The translations under genes were made by a program, and so were the position numbers. Under the pieces are notes generated by a model. That model was not told the origin of the DNA. It was given only the letters and a program-made list of their open reading frames with translations, and did not search any database. A DNA stretch of 64,000 nt from an uncultured Candidatus Saccharibacteria bacterium (GTDB lineage Bacteria; Patescibacteriota; Minisyncoccia; Sungbacterales; JACQCQ01). Shown piece after piece: positions 24,409-33,631 of the stretch (position 1 is the stretch's first letter; the number at the start of each line of letters is the position of its first letter). The stretch is taken from assembly GCA_964494945.1 (NCBI GenBank), contig CAZBTX010000001.1:3088-67087 (forward strand). The letters run 5' to 3'.

Positions 24409-25806
24409 ATGCAAAGGACGCTAACTCAAGAAACACCGGATAAAAAAGGGGAGACCGTTACCATAAAAGGCTGGGTGGACGGCAGGCGCGACCACGGAAA
24501 AATAATCTTTATTGACTTACGCGACCGCACAGGCCTTGTGCAGGTTGTTTTTACTCCCGCGGGCGGAGAAGTTTACGACCTGGCGAATCAGCTAAGGGAC
24601 GAATGGGTGGTGGAGATCAAGGGAGTTGTCGCCAAGCGCCCGGAAAATATGCGAAATCCCGAATTAGCCACGGGCGAAATTGAACTGCAGGCATCCGAAC
24701 TCCGCGTTTTGAACCAGTCCCAGACGCCGCCCTTCCCCATTCACGGCGACGGACGCGAAATTGAAGAGGAGTTGCGTTTGAAATATCGTTACTTGGATTT
24801 GCGAAGAAGTCGGCTTCAGAAGAATTTAAGATTGCGGCATGAAATCATCCTCTTTTTGCGGAATTACTTGACTAAAGCGGGGTTTGTGGAAGTGGAAACG
24901 CCGATCCTGACCAAGGGCACGCCCGAGGGGGCGCGCGAATATGTCGTGCCCTCGCGCATTTATCCTGGGAATTTCTATGTTTTGCCCCAGTCTCCCCAGC
25001 AGTATAAACAGCTTCTGATGGTGGCGGGCTTGGAGAAATATTTTCAGATCGCCCGATGTTTTCGCGACGAGGACCAAAGAGGCGACAGACAGCCAGAATT
25101 TACTCAATTGGATCTCGAAATGAGTTTTGTAACCCAAGAAGATGTTTTAAAACTTGGAGAAGAACTTATGAGCGCCTTAGTTAGCGCCGTGATGCCGCAT
25201 AAGAAAATCTCCCAGATGCCCTGGCCGCGCCTGACGTATAAAGAAGCCATGGATAAATTCGGCACCGACAAACCCGACTTGCGGCGCGACAAAAATGATC
25301 CGGATGAACTGGCGTTTTGCTGGATTCACGATTTTCCCATGTTTGAGAAGAACGAGGACGGCGAGATCCAAACCGTACATCATCCCTTTACGCGGCCGCA
25401 TCCGGAAGATGAGGCGCGGCTTGAACCCGATCCTTTAGGCGTCCGGGCCCTGGCCTATGATATCGTTTTGAACGGATATGAAATTTCGTCAGGCAGTATT
25501 CGCGTGCATGAGAGAGCATTGCAGAACCGGATCTTTAAGATGCTGGGGCTTTCGGATGAAGAAATCCAATTAAAATTCGGCCATATGCTGGAAGCTTTCG
25601 CATACGGCGCGCCGCCCCACGGCGGGTTCGCGCCGGGGCTTGACAGGATCATCATGATACTAGCCGGTGAGCCGAATATTCCCGAAGTCATAGCTTTTCC
25701 CAAAACCGGCAACGCCCGTGACCCAATGATGGGCTCTCCGGCCCCGCTAAATCCCAAGCAACTTAAGGAACTTCATTTAAAGACAGAAAAAAAGATAGAA
25801 AAATAA
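24409..25806 (+). CDS. aspS: Aspartate--tRNA ligase, short form lacking the GAD insertion
   Basis: LPQSPQQYKQLLM, CFRDED.R.DRQPEFTQLD, GAPPHGG.APGLDR. Confidence 0.97.
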   Translation: MQRTLTQETPDKKGETVTIKGWVDGRRDHGKIIFIDLRDRTGLVQVVFTPAGGEVYDLANQLRDEWVVEIKGVVAKRPENMRNPELATGEIELQASELRVLNQSQTPPFPIHGDGREIEEELRLKYRYLDLRRSRLQKNLRLRHEIILFLRNYLTKAGFVEVETPILTKGTPEGAREYVVPSRIYPGNFYVLPQSPQQYKQLLMVAGLEKYFQIARCFRDEDQRGDRQPEFTQLDLEMSFVTQEDVLKLGEELMSALVSAVMPHKKISQMPWPRLTYKEAMDKFGTDKPDLRRDKNDPDELAFCWIHDFPMFEKNEDGEIQTVHHPFTRPHPEDEARLEPDPLGVRALAYDIVLNGYEISSGSIRVHERALQNRIFKMLGLSDEEIQLKFGHMLEAFAYGAPPHGGFAPGLDRIIMILAGEPNIPEVIAFPKTGNARDPMMGSPAPLNPKQLKELHLKTEKKIEK

Positions 25807-25814
25807 GCATTATC

Positions 25815-26302
25815 TATAAGTTCAATAGAATATTCTATTGTACCAATTACGGATGCCTAAGGTTTCCCGCAATATATTATCAGAAGAAGTGCATCATCAG
25901 ATAATGGATGGGCTGGTTAGAAGTTTTGCCAGAACCAGCGACGAAGCCAAAATTAAGAAGTTCATGAATGATCCATTTACCCCCACAGAAAAAATCATGT
26001 TAGCCAAACGGCTTATGGCGTCTGTGCTTTTACAAAGAGGATATGGGTATTTGGCGATTTGTCGGATGCTTAAGCTTAGCAAGGCGACTGTAAACTTCAT
26101 TAAACGCGACATTGAGCGTTCCGGAGAAGGATACCGCTTGATTTATGAGAGTATTTTTAAGGAGAAGGGAAGTCGCTTGAATAAATGGCTTGAGGCATTG
26201 CGTTTACCTATGAAGGGATCACGCCGTGACATGCGCCGCTGGAAAAAGGCTCTTTACGAGCTTTGAGCTAAAGGTATGATAGAATATTCTATTGAACTTA
26301 TA
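25815..26302. repeat. 24-bp perfect inverted repeats (25815-25838 and 26279-26302) bracketing a TrpR-like gene
   Basis: TATAAGTTCAATAGAATATTCTAT and its exact reverse complement. Confidence 0.85.
25853..26266 (+). CDS. TrpR/YerC-YecD-like HTH protein
   Basis: FTPTEKIMLAKRL...GYGYLAICRMLKLSKATV...GEGYR. Confidence 0.8.
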   Translation: MPKVSRNILSEEVHHQIMDGLVRSFARTSDEAKIKKFMNDPFTPTEKIMLAKRLMASVLLQRGYGYLAICRMLKLSKATVNFIKRDIERSGEGYRLIYESIFKEKGSRLNKWLEALRLPMKGSRRDMRRWKKALYEL

Positions 26303-27024
26303 TGAGGCCGAAGTATTACGTAAAGCAGGAAAAGTTTGAAGGTCCGTTGGACCTTCTTTTGGAGTTGATAACCAAGGAAAAACTTCCGATAAACGAGATT
26401 TCTCTTTCCAGTGTCACCGAAGAATATTTGGCGGAAGTGAAAAAGATGGAAACGATTGACCAGGAAGCGCTGGCCGAATTCTTGGTGATAGCGGCCCAGC
26501 TTATGCTTTTAAAATCCAGATCGCTTCTACCGCATCTGGCCTTGTCGGAAGAGGAAGAAGAATCCATTAGCGACCTGGAAAGACGTTTGCAAGAATATGC
26601 CAAGATCAAAGAACTTGCCAAAGAGCTGAAATTTATAGAGAGTCGGGGTAATCACATTTTTTCACGTGAGCCGTATCTTGGGTTACCTGTGGTATTTTAT
26701 CCGCCACCGGGGCTTAGAGCAGGCGTTCTCGCGTTCATTTTCCAGACGCTTTTGGCGGCCATCCCCGCCGTAAAGTCGCTGGCCGAAGAAAAAATAAAGA
26801 GAGTAATTTCACTGGAAGAAAAGATACGTGAGATCCAGTCGCTGCTGACGGCCAAAGTTGAGCGGGTATTCTCGGATATCATAAAAGGCAGCAAGGAAAA
26901 AATTGAAGTAGTGGTATCTTTTCTCGCCATTTTGGAATTGGCCAAACAAAAGCTTATCTCGCTGCACCAAGATGAGGCCTTCAATGATATTATGATAAGA
27001 GCCAACAGCCATGAAAAACCTTAA
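26302..27024 (+). CDS. scpA: Segregation and condensation protein A
   Basis: FEGPLDLLL, LKSRSLLP, FLAILEL. Confidence 0.95.
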   Translation: MRPKYYVKQEKFEGPLDLLLELITKEKLPINEISLSSVTEEYLAEVKKMETIDQEALAEFLVIAAQLMLLKSRSLLPHLALSEEEEESISDLERRLQEYAKIKELAKELKFIESRGNHIFSREPYLGLPVVFYPPPGLRAGVLAFIFQTLLAAIPAVKSLAEEKIKRVISLEEKIREIQSLLTAKVERVFSDIIKGSKEKIEVVVSFLAILELAKQKLISLHQDEAFNDIMIRANSHEKP

Positions 27025-27562
27025 ATCCAAAATTGAAAGCATCTTATTTTTGGCGGGCGAGCCGATGGCTTTGGCTCGTTTGGCAAAGATCGTTAAAGAA
27101 AAACCTAATGCCGTAGAAGCAGCGCTTAAAGAACTGGAACGCGAGTACAATGAGCGAGGTATCAGGATATTGCGCCATGACGGCGAATGGCAGTTAGGCA
27201 CCGCTCCAGAAAATGCGCCGGTTCTGGAGGATTTGGTGAAGAGCGAGTTTACCGAAGAGCTTTCCCGCGCGGCACTGGAAACTATCTCTGTCATCGCTTA
27301 TAAGGGGCCTATGACGAGGGCCGAAATTGAGCATATCCGTGGAGTGAATTCGTCATTTTCCTTGCGCAACTTGTTGCTTAGGGGCTTGGTGGAAAGAATT
27401 GAAAATCCCAAAGATGCCCGGTCTTATTTATATAACGTCAGCATGGATTTTCTGAAATATCTGGGCCTCGCTAACCGCGAAGCCCTACCGGAGTGGCGAA
27501 CTCTTAAAGAAGCAAAAACTCCCCAAATTGATGAGGTCGCGAATAAAGACGCGGCCGGGTAA
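27011..27562 (+). CDS. scpB: Segregation and condensation protein B
   Basis: IESILFLAGEP, LSRAALET.SVIAY, IEHIRGVNS. Confidence 0.95.
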   Translation: MKNLKSKIESILFLAGEPMALARLAKIVKEKPNAVEAALKELEREYNERGIRILRHDGEWQLGTAPENAPVLEDLVKSEFTEELSRAALETISVIAYKGPMTRAEIEHIRGVNSSFSLRNLLLRGLVERIENPKDARSYLYNVSMDFLKYLGLANREALPEWRTLKEAKTPQIDEVANKDAAG

Positions 27563-27569
27563 ACCAAAT

Positions 27570-28508
27570 ATGCCAAATTTTAAATTATGGCTTCCCGCGT
27601 TTGTTTTTCTGACGTCTTTGCTAGGAACGTCAATTTGGATAAGTCAAAAAGAGCGGGAACTTAATCTTAAAAATTCCGGGGCGGCAATTTATAATCCCGT
27701 ACCAGTAGCTACTGGAAAACATTCATTGCCGACATTGAATACAGCAGATATAAAAGCCGAAGCGTTTGTGGTCGGCACGGCATCCGGCAAGATAATTGCC
27801 GAAAAAAATAAAGACGTTAAAGTTCCAATTGCTAGTATCACTAAAATTATGACGGGGCTCCTCCTGGAAGAACGGGGGAGTGATGCCGTGATTTGGCTAA
27901 CACCTGAAGCCAAAAAAGCCAAACCGAAATTGAGCGCTTTTCCGGCCGGCACCATACTTTCCAAAGACGTAGCCGCAACGCTTCTCTTGGTTGAATCGGA
28001 CAACGACATAGCCGAGTCGATCGCTCGAACTCTCGGCATATTTTTTGATGCCAAAGTGTCGTTCCCGCGCGAGTCATTTATTAAGGGTATGAATAGAAAA
28101 GCCGTCTCACTCGGCATGCAAAATACCCATTTTGCAAATCCTACGGGCCTGGATAGTCCGGAACATTATTCCACGGCTTCCGACATATTCCGCTTGGTAC
28201 AGTACGTTTCTCAAAAATATCCTGGTTTTTGGGATCGCACCGCGAACCCGCCTGATAGTGTCGCCTCTCTTTCCGGGGCCAAAATTGACTTGACGAGTTC
28301 CAATTTGCTGGCCGGGTATCCGGGACTTATCGGCGGCAAGACCGGCCTCACCGACGAAGCGCTGGGAGCGCTGGTGCTTAAATACCGCACCGAATATTTT
28401 CCCGAGGATTTGATCATAGTCATTCTCCGGTCTGCCGACCGTTTTAAAGACGGAGAAGCGTTTTTGCGCGAAATAGAAAAAGCGTTTAAAAAGAGCATCG
28501 GCCGCTGA
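27570..28508 (+). CDS. D-alanyl-D-alanine carboxypeptidase (peptidase S11)
   Basis: SITK, SDN and KTG motifs; FANPTGLD. Confidence 0.9.
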   Translation: MPNFKLWLPAFVFLTSLLGTSIWISQKERELNLKNSGAAIYNPVPVATGKHSLPTLNTADIKAEAFVVGTASGKIIAEKNKDVKVPIASITKIMTGLLLEERGSDAVIWLTPEAKKAKPKLSAFPAGTILSKDVAATLLLVESDNDIAESIARTLGIFFDAKVSFPRESFIKGMNRKAVSLGMQNTHFANPTGLDSPEHYSTASDIFRLVQYVSQKYPGFWDRTANPPDSVASLSGAKIDLTSSNLLAGYPGLIGGKTGLTDEALGALVLKYRTEYFPEDLIIVILRSADRFKDGEAFLREIEKAFKKSIGR

Positions 28509-28589
28509 CGCTTCACGTCCGGCTTGATTTTACGTATCTCGCCATAAATTTTAGAGCAAGGTATAATAAGCCCATAATTGGGCGTATTT

Positions 28590-29663
28590 ATGGGCGGAGA
28601 ACGAGAACTCATTTTAAACGTGTTGAAGGTCTTTGGATTGGCTGCTTTTGCCTTTTTGGTTGCCATGGCTTGGACGCCGGTGCTCACGAATTTTCTTTAC
28701 AAGCATCGTCTGTGGAGGAAGAAAGCCAGAACTCACTCTCCCGACGGCACCACGACACCGATCTTTAATTCGATGCACAAGGAGAAGGAAGTTTCGGTGC
28801 CGCGGCTCGGCGGCCTTTTAATTTGGGGAACGACGCTCGGAATTACTCTGGGGTTTTGGCTTTTAACATATTTTACGGATATACCGCTTTTGGGAAAGAT
28901 GAATTTTCTTTCGCGAAATCAGACCTGGTTGCCGCTTTTCACGCTGGTGGCCGCTTCGCTTTTAGGGTTGGCCGACGACATTTTGCAAATTTACGAACGC
29001 GGAGGATACATCGCCGGGGGCGTGCCTTATCGCATACGTTTGGCCTTAGTCGCGCTGATAGGTGTCGCGGGCGGATGGTGGTTCCACTATAAATTGGGAT
29101 TCTCCGCGCTATATGTTCCGTTTCTCGGCGACATTCCCATTGACGGTCTTTATATACCTCTTTTTGTGATAGTCATGGTTGCGATGTTTTCTTCAAGCGT
29201 GATTGATGGATTGGACGGCCTGGCGGGCGGCGTTTTTGCTTCCATTTTTGCCGCTTTTGGAGGCATAGCGTTTTTTCAGAATCAGATAGACCTGGCGGCT
29301 TTCTCGGCCGTGATGCTGGGGTCTCTTTTGGCCTTCCTTTGGTTCAATATTCCGCCGGCGCGGTTTTACATGGGAGAGACGGGTAGCTTGGGGCTGGTCG
29401 CGGTCATTACGGTGCTGGCGTTTCTCACCAATTCCGTGATCGTTCTTCCCATCATCGGCTTATTGCTGGTGGTGGAATCGCTTTCGGTAATTTTGCAGTT
29501 CGCTTCTAAAAAGTTCAGAGGCAAGAAAGTATTTCTAGTGGCACCCATTCATCACCACTTTGAAGCCAAGGGCTGGCCGGCCTATAAAGTTACCATGCGT
29601 TTTTGGGTGGTGAGCGTGGTATTTGCCATTATTGGGATGGTCATAGCCCTGGTCGGCAGGTAA
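28590..29663 (+). CDS. mraY: Phospho-N-acetylmuramoyl-pentapeptide transferase
   Basis: GLADD, DGLDGLAGG, FYMGETGS, APIHHHFE. Confidence 0.95.
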   Translation: MGGERELILNVLKVFGLAAFAFLVAMAWTPVLTNFLYKHRLWRKKARTHSPDGTTTPIFNSMHKEKEVSVPRLGGLLIWGTTLGITLGFWLLTYFTDIPLLGKMNFLSRNQTWLPLFTLVAASLLGLADDILQIYERGGYIAGGVPYRIRLALVALIGVAGGWWFHYKLGFSALYVPFLGDIPIDGLYIPLFVIVMVAMFSSSVIDGLDGLAGGVFASIFAAFGGIAFFQNQIDLAAFSAVMLGSLLAFLWFNIPPARFYMGETGSLGLVAVITVLAFLTNSVIVLPIIGLLLVVESLSVILQFASKKFRGKKVFLVAPIHHHFEAKGWPAYKVTMRFWVVSVVFAIIGMVIALVGR

Positions 29664-29667
29664 ACAT

Positions 29668-31236
29668 ATGTTGGATCTGATTATCAGAGACGGAACTATC
29701 ATTGATGGCACGGGCAGGGCTGGATTTTCAGCCGATGTCGGCGTAAAAGATGGGCTCATTAGCGAGATAAGGAACTTAAACGAGGTCAAAGCGGAAAAAA
29801 TCATTGAAGCGGGTGGGCGATATGTGACTCCCGGTTTTATTGACATCACCAACCACTCCGACGTCACAGCGGCCATATTTCAGGCACCCCTGATGGAAAA
29901 TTTAATGCGTCAGGGCATTACCACGATTATCGGCGGGAACTGCGGTGTGTCTTTGGCGCCCTTAACGGACCCGGACGTGATACACGGCATCAGAAAATGG
30001 GTTCAAACCTCGTCAATCAACGTTAATTGGCTCACGGTAGGGGAGTACTTGGCTCAAATAGAGAGTTTGGGTATTGGCATAAATTTTGGGACGCTGGTAG
30101 GTCATGGCACGATACGCCGAGGCGTTACGCATGATGCCGTTCGTCCCTTAAAACTGGAAGAGTTAGCCAAAGTAAAACTCATGCTGCAAGACGCTATCCG
30201 CCAGGGCGCTTTGGGATTCTCCACCAATCTTGCAAGTTCCCATGAGCTTCACGCTACCACCGAAGAACTAATAGAGATGGCGCGCGTGCTTGCAACCGAG
30301 GGCGGTGTTTATAAGACCCACTTAAGAGATGAAGGAGCCAATTTAATATCGGCGGTCAATGAAGCACTCCGTATCGGCGCTGAAGCCGGGGCGCCGGTCA
30401 TCATATCTCATTTAAAAGCCATAGGCAGGCAATCTTGGCCTCTCATGAAACGTGCCGTCAAAATGATAGAAACGGATTCCAAAAGCGGGCATAAAGTCAT
30501 GTTTGACATTTCTCCTTACCGCACCACCGGCTCGCAGCTTTATATGTTGTTGCCGGCATGGGCGCGCGAAGGCGGATTTTCTGCCATGTTGCCGCGACTT
30601 CGCGACGCCACCTTAAGACCTAGAATTGTCGCTGATTTAAAGGCGTTATCTTTGCATTTCGGTAAATTCTGGGTGTCTGAAGCCGAGGACGGTTTAAGTA
30701 CGGGGAAAACGCTAGAAGCTCTGGCCGAGAAGATGGGTACGGACCCGCACGAGACGGTATTGGAACTTTTGATCGCCAATCGCGGCCGCGTCTCTATTAT
30801 TGGAAAAACACTTCATCCCAAGAACGTTGAAATAGGCATAAAAAGCGCTTTTAGTATGGTTGCTTCCAACGGCAGCGCTTATGATATGGCCGCCATACCT
30901 CTGGATTTCCCGCATCCGAGGTCTTTCGGCTCTTTTCCGCATTTCCTGCACGTTTACACGAGGGACAAGCAAATTCTTTCCTGGGAAGACGCGGTCATGA
31001 AAATAACTTCAGCGCCCGCAGAAGCAATGAGGATTAAGAATCGCGGTAAGATCCTTAAAAATTATGCAGCCGATATGGTCGTGCTTAACCCTGATACCAT
31101 TTGTGATGAAGCGACGTATAAGAATCCTTTCCGCGTTCCCGAAGGCATTGATGCCGTGGTAGTTAATGGAGGAGTCGCGCTGGAAAAAGGACAAACTGCG
31201 GGTATTCGTAAGGGTAAGATAATACGCAATTCGTAA
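29668..31236 (+). CDS. N-acyl-D-amino-acid deacylase-family amidohydrolase with altered active-site residues
   Basis: DGTIIDGTG, PGFID, GNCG, THLRDE, ISHLK, PHPRSFGSF. Confidence 0.85.
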   Translation: MLDLIIRDGTIIDGTGRAGFSADVGVKDGLISEIRNLNEVKAEKIIEAGGRYVTPGFIDITNHSDVTAAIFQAPLMENLMRQGITTIIGGNCGVSLAPLTDPDVIHGIRKWVQTSSINVNWLTVGEYLAQIESLGIGINFGTLVGHGTIRRGVTHDAVRPLKLEELAKVKLMLQDAIRQGALGFSTNLASSHELHATTEELIEMARVLATEGGVYKTHLRDEGANLISAVNEALRIGAEAGAPVIISHLKAIGRQSWPLMKRAVKMIETDSKSGHKVMFDISPYRTTGSQLYMLLPAWAREGGFSAMLPRLRDATLRPRIVADLKALSLHFGKFWVSEAEDGLSTGKTLEALAEKMGTDPHETVLELLIANRGRVSIIGKTLHPKNVEIGIKSAFSMVASNGSAYDMAAIPLDFPHPRSFGSFPHFLHVYTRDKQILSWEDAVMKITSAPAEAMRIKNRGKILKNYAADMVVLNPDTICDEATYKNPFRVPEGIDAVVVNGGVALEKGQTAGIRKGKIIRNS

Positions 31237-31240
31237 CGCG

Positions 31241-32335
31241 ATGAGGTCAAGTTACGCTTTTAAAGAAAAATGGTTGCTTGTGATAACCGCCGTGCTTTTG
31301 GTCGGCGGGCTTTTTTTGGTGTCTTCGGCCTCTGTCGCATTTTCACAGCGGCTTTACGGTTCAATTTCTTTTATCGCTTTTCGCCAGTTGCTTTGGGCGT
31401 TGGTTGGGCTTGCGGCGTTTTTTACAGTGCAGCTGATACCCTATAAAGTTTGGAAATGGTCAGCCCCCTTTTTATTTTTGCTGTCATTGATATTGCTTTC
31501 GGCTGTTTTTTTGCCCGATATCGGCTTTGAATTAAAGGGGGCTCACCGCTGGATACAGATCGGCTCATTTAATTTCCAGCCATCGGAAATCGCCAAACTT
31601 TGTCTTGTTATCTTTCTGGCTTGGTGGTTAGACAGGCAAAAGGGACGGGCAGCCACGATGCGATATGGAGCGCTTCCATTTCTTGGTATTATGGTTGTGG
31701 TCGGTGTTTTGATTATTAAAGAGCCGGATTTGGGGACTCTCGGCGTTATATCCGCCACAGGCCTTCTCATGTTTTTTGCCGGCGGCGGCAAGTTGACGCA
31801 CCTCTTTGGACTTTTGGTTTTAGGGGTATTCGCGATACTAGCCGTTGCCTGGTTCATGCCGCATTCAGTAGATCGTCTGCGTGTTTTTTGGGATTCCAGC
31901 GTAGACCCCGGCGGCATTGGCTATCAGGTGCGCCAGGCGTCCATCGGCATCGGCTCGGGCGGTTTCTGGGGTGTCGGGTACGGGGAGTCACGCCAAAAAG
32001 AAGGATACTTGCCTGAACCCATTGGGGATTCAATTTTTGCGGTAGTCGCCGAGGAGTTCGGGTTTCTGGGGGCGAGTGCGGTCGTCATAGTTTTTGTGCT
32101 CCTTTTGTGGCGCGGAATAATTATAGCCAAAAACGCCCCGGATACGTTCGCTAAACTCTTGGCTTTGGGTATTACGGGCACAATAGTCATCCAGGCCTTT
32201 ATTAACATAGGAGCTATTTCCGGCCTTTTGCCGCTGACCGGCATACCTTTACCCTTTATTTCATACGGCGGCACGGCCTTGGCGGTCAATTTAGCGGGAC
32301 TTGGAATGGTCTATCAGATAGCCAAGCACTCTTAA
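31241..32335 (+). CDS. ftsW: SEDS peptidoglycan glycosyltransferase FtsW
   Basis: GAHRW, FQPSEIAK, EPDLG, GIPLPFISYGG; directly upstream of murG. Confidence 0.92.
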   Translation: MRSSYAFKEKWLLVITAVLLVGGLFLVSSASVAFSQRLYGSISFIAFRQLLWALVGLAAFFTVQLIPYKVWKWSAPFLFLLSLILLSAVFLPDIGFELKGAHRWIQIGSFNFQPSEIAKLCLVIFLAWWLDRQKGRAATMRYGALPFLGIMVVVGVLIIKEPDLGTLGVISATGLLMFFAGGGKLTHLFGLLVLGVFAILAVAWFMPHSVDRLRVFWDSSVDPGGIGYQVRQASIGIGSGGFWGVGYGESRQKEGYLPEPIGDSIFAVVAEEFGFLGASAVVIVFVLLLWRGIIIAKNAPDTFAKLLALGITGTIVIQAFINIGAISGLLPLTGIPLPFISYGGTALAVNLAGLGMVYQIAKHS

Positions 32336-32336
32336 C

Positions 32337-32491
32337 AAATTCGAAATTTAAAAATCCTTATACGGCCGAGCCGTCAGGCTGTAGGCAAAAATCAAAATGA
32401 CAAATCAAAATTCAAAAATTAAACACTCTATAATTATCCCGAAGGGATACCTTAATTTTGACTTTTGCATTTTGCCTTTTAAATTTATTGT
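32337..32491. repeat. AT-rich CAAAAT/ATTTTG inverted-repeat element
   Basis: Shares a 27-bp block, CCGAAGG..TACC and TTTGACTTTTGCATTTTGC with 19472-19585. Confidence 0.75.
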
Positions 32492-33616
32492 ATGAGAATA
32501 CTTTTTACTGGCGGCGGAACGGGAGGGCACTTTTTCCCGATCGTGGCTATCGCGAGAGAACTTCACCGCATTGCCGAAGCAGACAGGATTTTGAACGTGG
32601 AACTTTATTACATCGGGCCGGATGGTTTCGGCCGCGATGTTATGCTTCGCGAAGAAATCATTCCCGATACCATACCGGCCGGCAAAGTGCGCCGCTACTT
32701 TTCGCTGGTAAATTTTTCTGATACCTTAAAAACGATTTGGGGCGTTCTGGTGGCGCTCTGGAAATTATTCGTAATGATGCCTGACTTAGTATTCTCCAAG
32801 GGGGGATACGGCAGTTTCCCGGTGCTGGTTGTGGCGCGCCTCTACCATATTCCAGTGATAATTCATGATTCTGACGCTGTGCCGGGCCTGGTCAGTAAAT
32901 GGTCGGCGAAATTCGCCAAACGCATCGGGGTGGCTTTCCCCGGGGCGATAGAATATTTTCCCAAAGAAAAGACGGCGGTAGTGGGTAATCCTATACGTTC
33001 TCGGATCTTGGGCGGTATTAGGGAGAACTCGAGAGAGCATCTGGCTGTATTCTCTCAAAAGCGGGTACTGCTTATTTTGGGCGGCAGTCAGGGCGCTGAA
33101 CCCATTAATCAGATGATACTCTCGGGCCTCTCTGACTTCGTGAAAGAGTATGAAATTATACACCAAACGGGAGAAAAAAATTTTGCTGATGTATCACAGC
33201 AAGCGAATATTGTTCTATCCAGTGAAACTAAGCTCCTTTACCACCCCTTCCCATTCCTCAATGAGACGCAATTAAGAGAAGCGTTGGCGGCCTGTGATCT
33301 CATAATTGCCCGAGCTAGTGCCGGCAATATTTTTGAAATTGCCGCTGCGGGCAAACCGTCGATTCTTATTCCCTTACCGCACTCAGCCCAAGATCACCAA
33401 CGCGCCAACGCTTATGAATACGCCAAAGTAAGTGCCGCTTTGGTCGTCGAACAAAATAACGCCACGCCGAATTTGATTCTGCATACTCTTATGCGGATCT
33501 TTGAATCGCCGGAGGAATCAAAAAAGATGACCGAAGGCGCCCAGAGATTCGCCAGAATTGACGCGGCGGAAATTATCGCGCGCGAAATACTTAATCTGGC
33601 GCTGCATAAAGCTTAA
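32492..33616 (+). CDS. murG: Lipid II GlcNAc transferase MurG
   Basis: GGGTGGH, KGGYGS, GNPIR, GGSQGA, HQRANA. Confidence 0.96.
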   Translation: MRILFTGGGTGGHFFPIVAIARELHRIAEADRILNVELYYIGPDGFGRDVMLREEIIPDTIPAGKVRRYFSLVNFSDTLKTIWGVLVALWKLFVMMPDLVFSKGGYGSFPVLVVARLYHIPVIIHDSDAVPGLVSKWSAKFAKRIGVAFPGAIEYFPKEKTAVVGNPIRSRILGGIRENSREHLAVFSQKRVLLILGGSQGAEPINQMILSGLSDFVKEYEIIHQTGEKNFADVSQQANIVLSSETKLLYHPFPFLNETQLREALAACDLIIARASAGNIFEIAAAGKPSILIPLPHSAQDHQRANAYEYAKVSAALVVEQNNATPNLILHTLMRIFESPEESKKMTEGAQRFARIDAAEIIAREILNLALHKA

Positions 33617-33631
33617 TTTGGTACCCAACCT

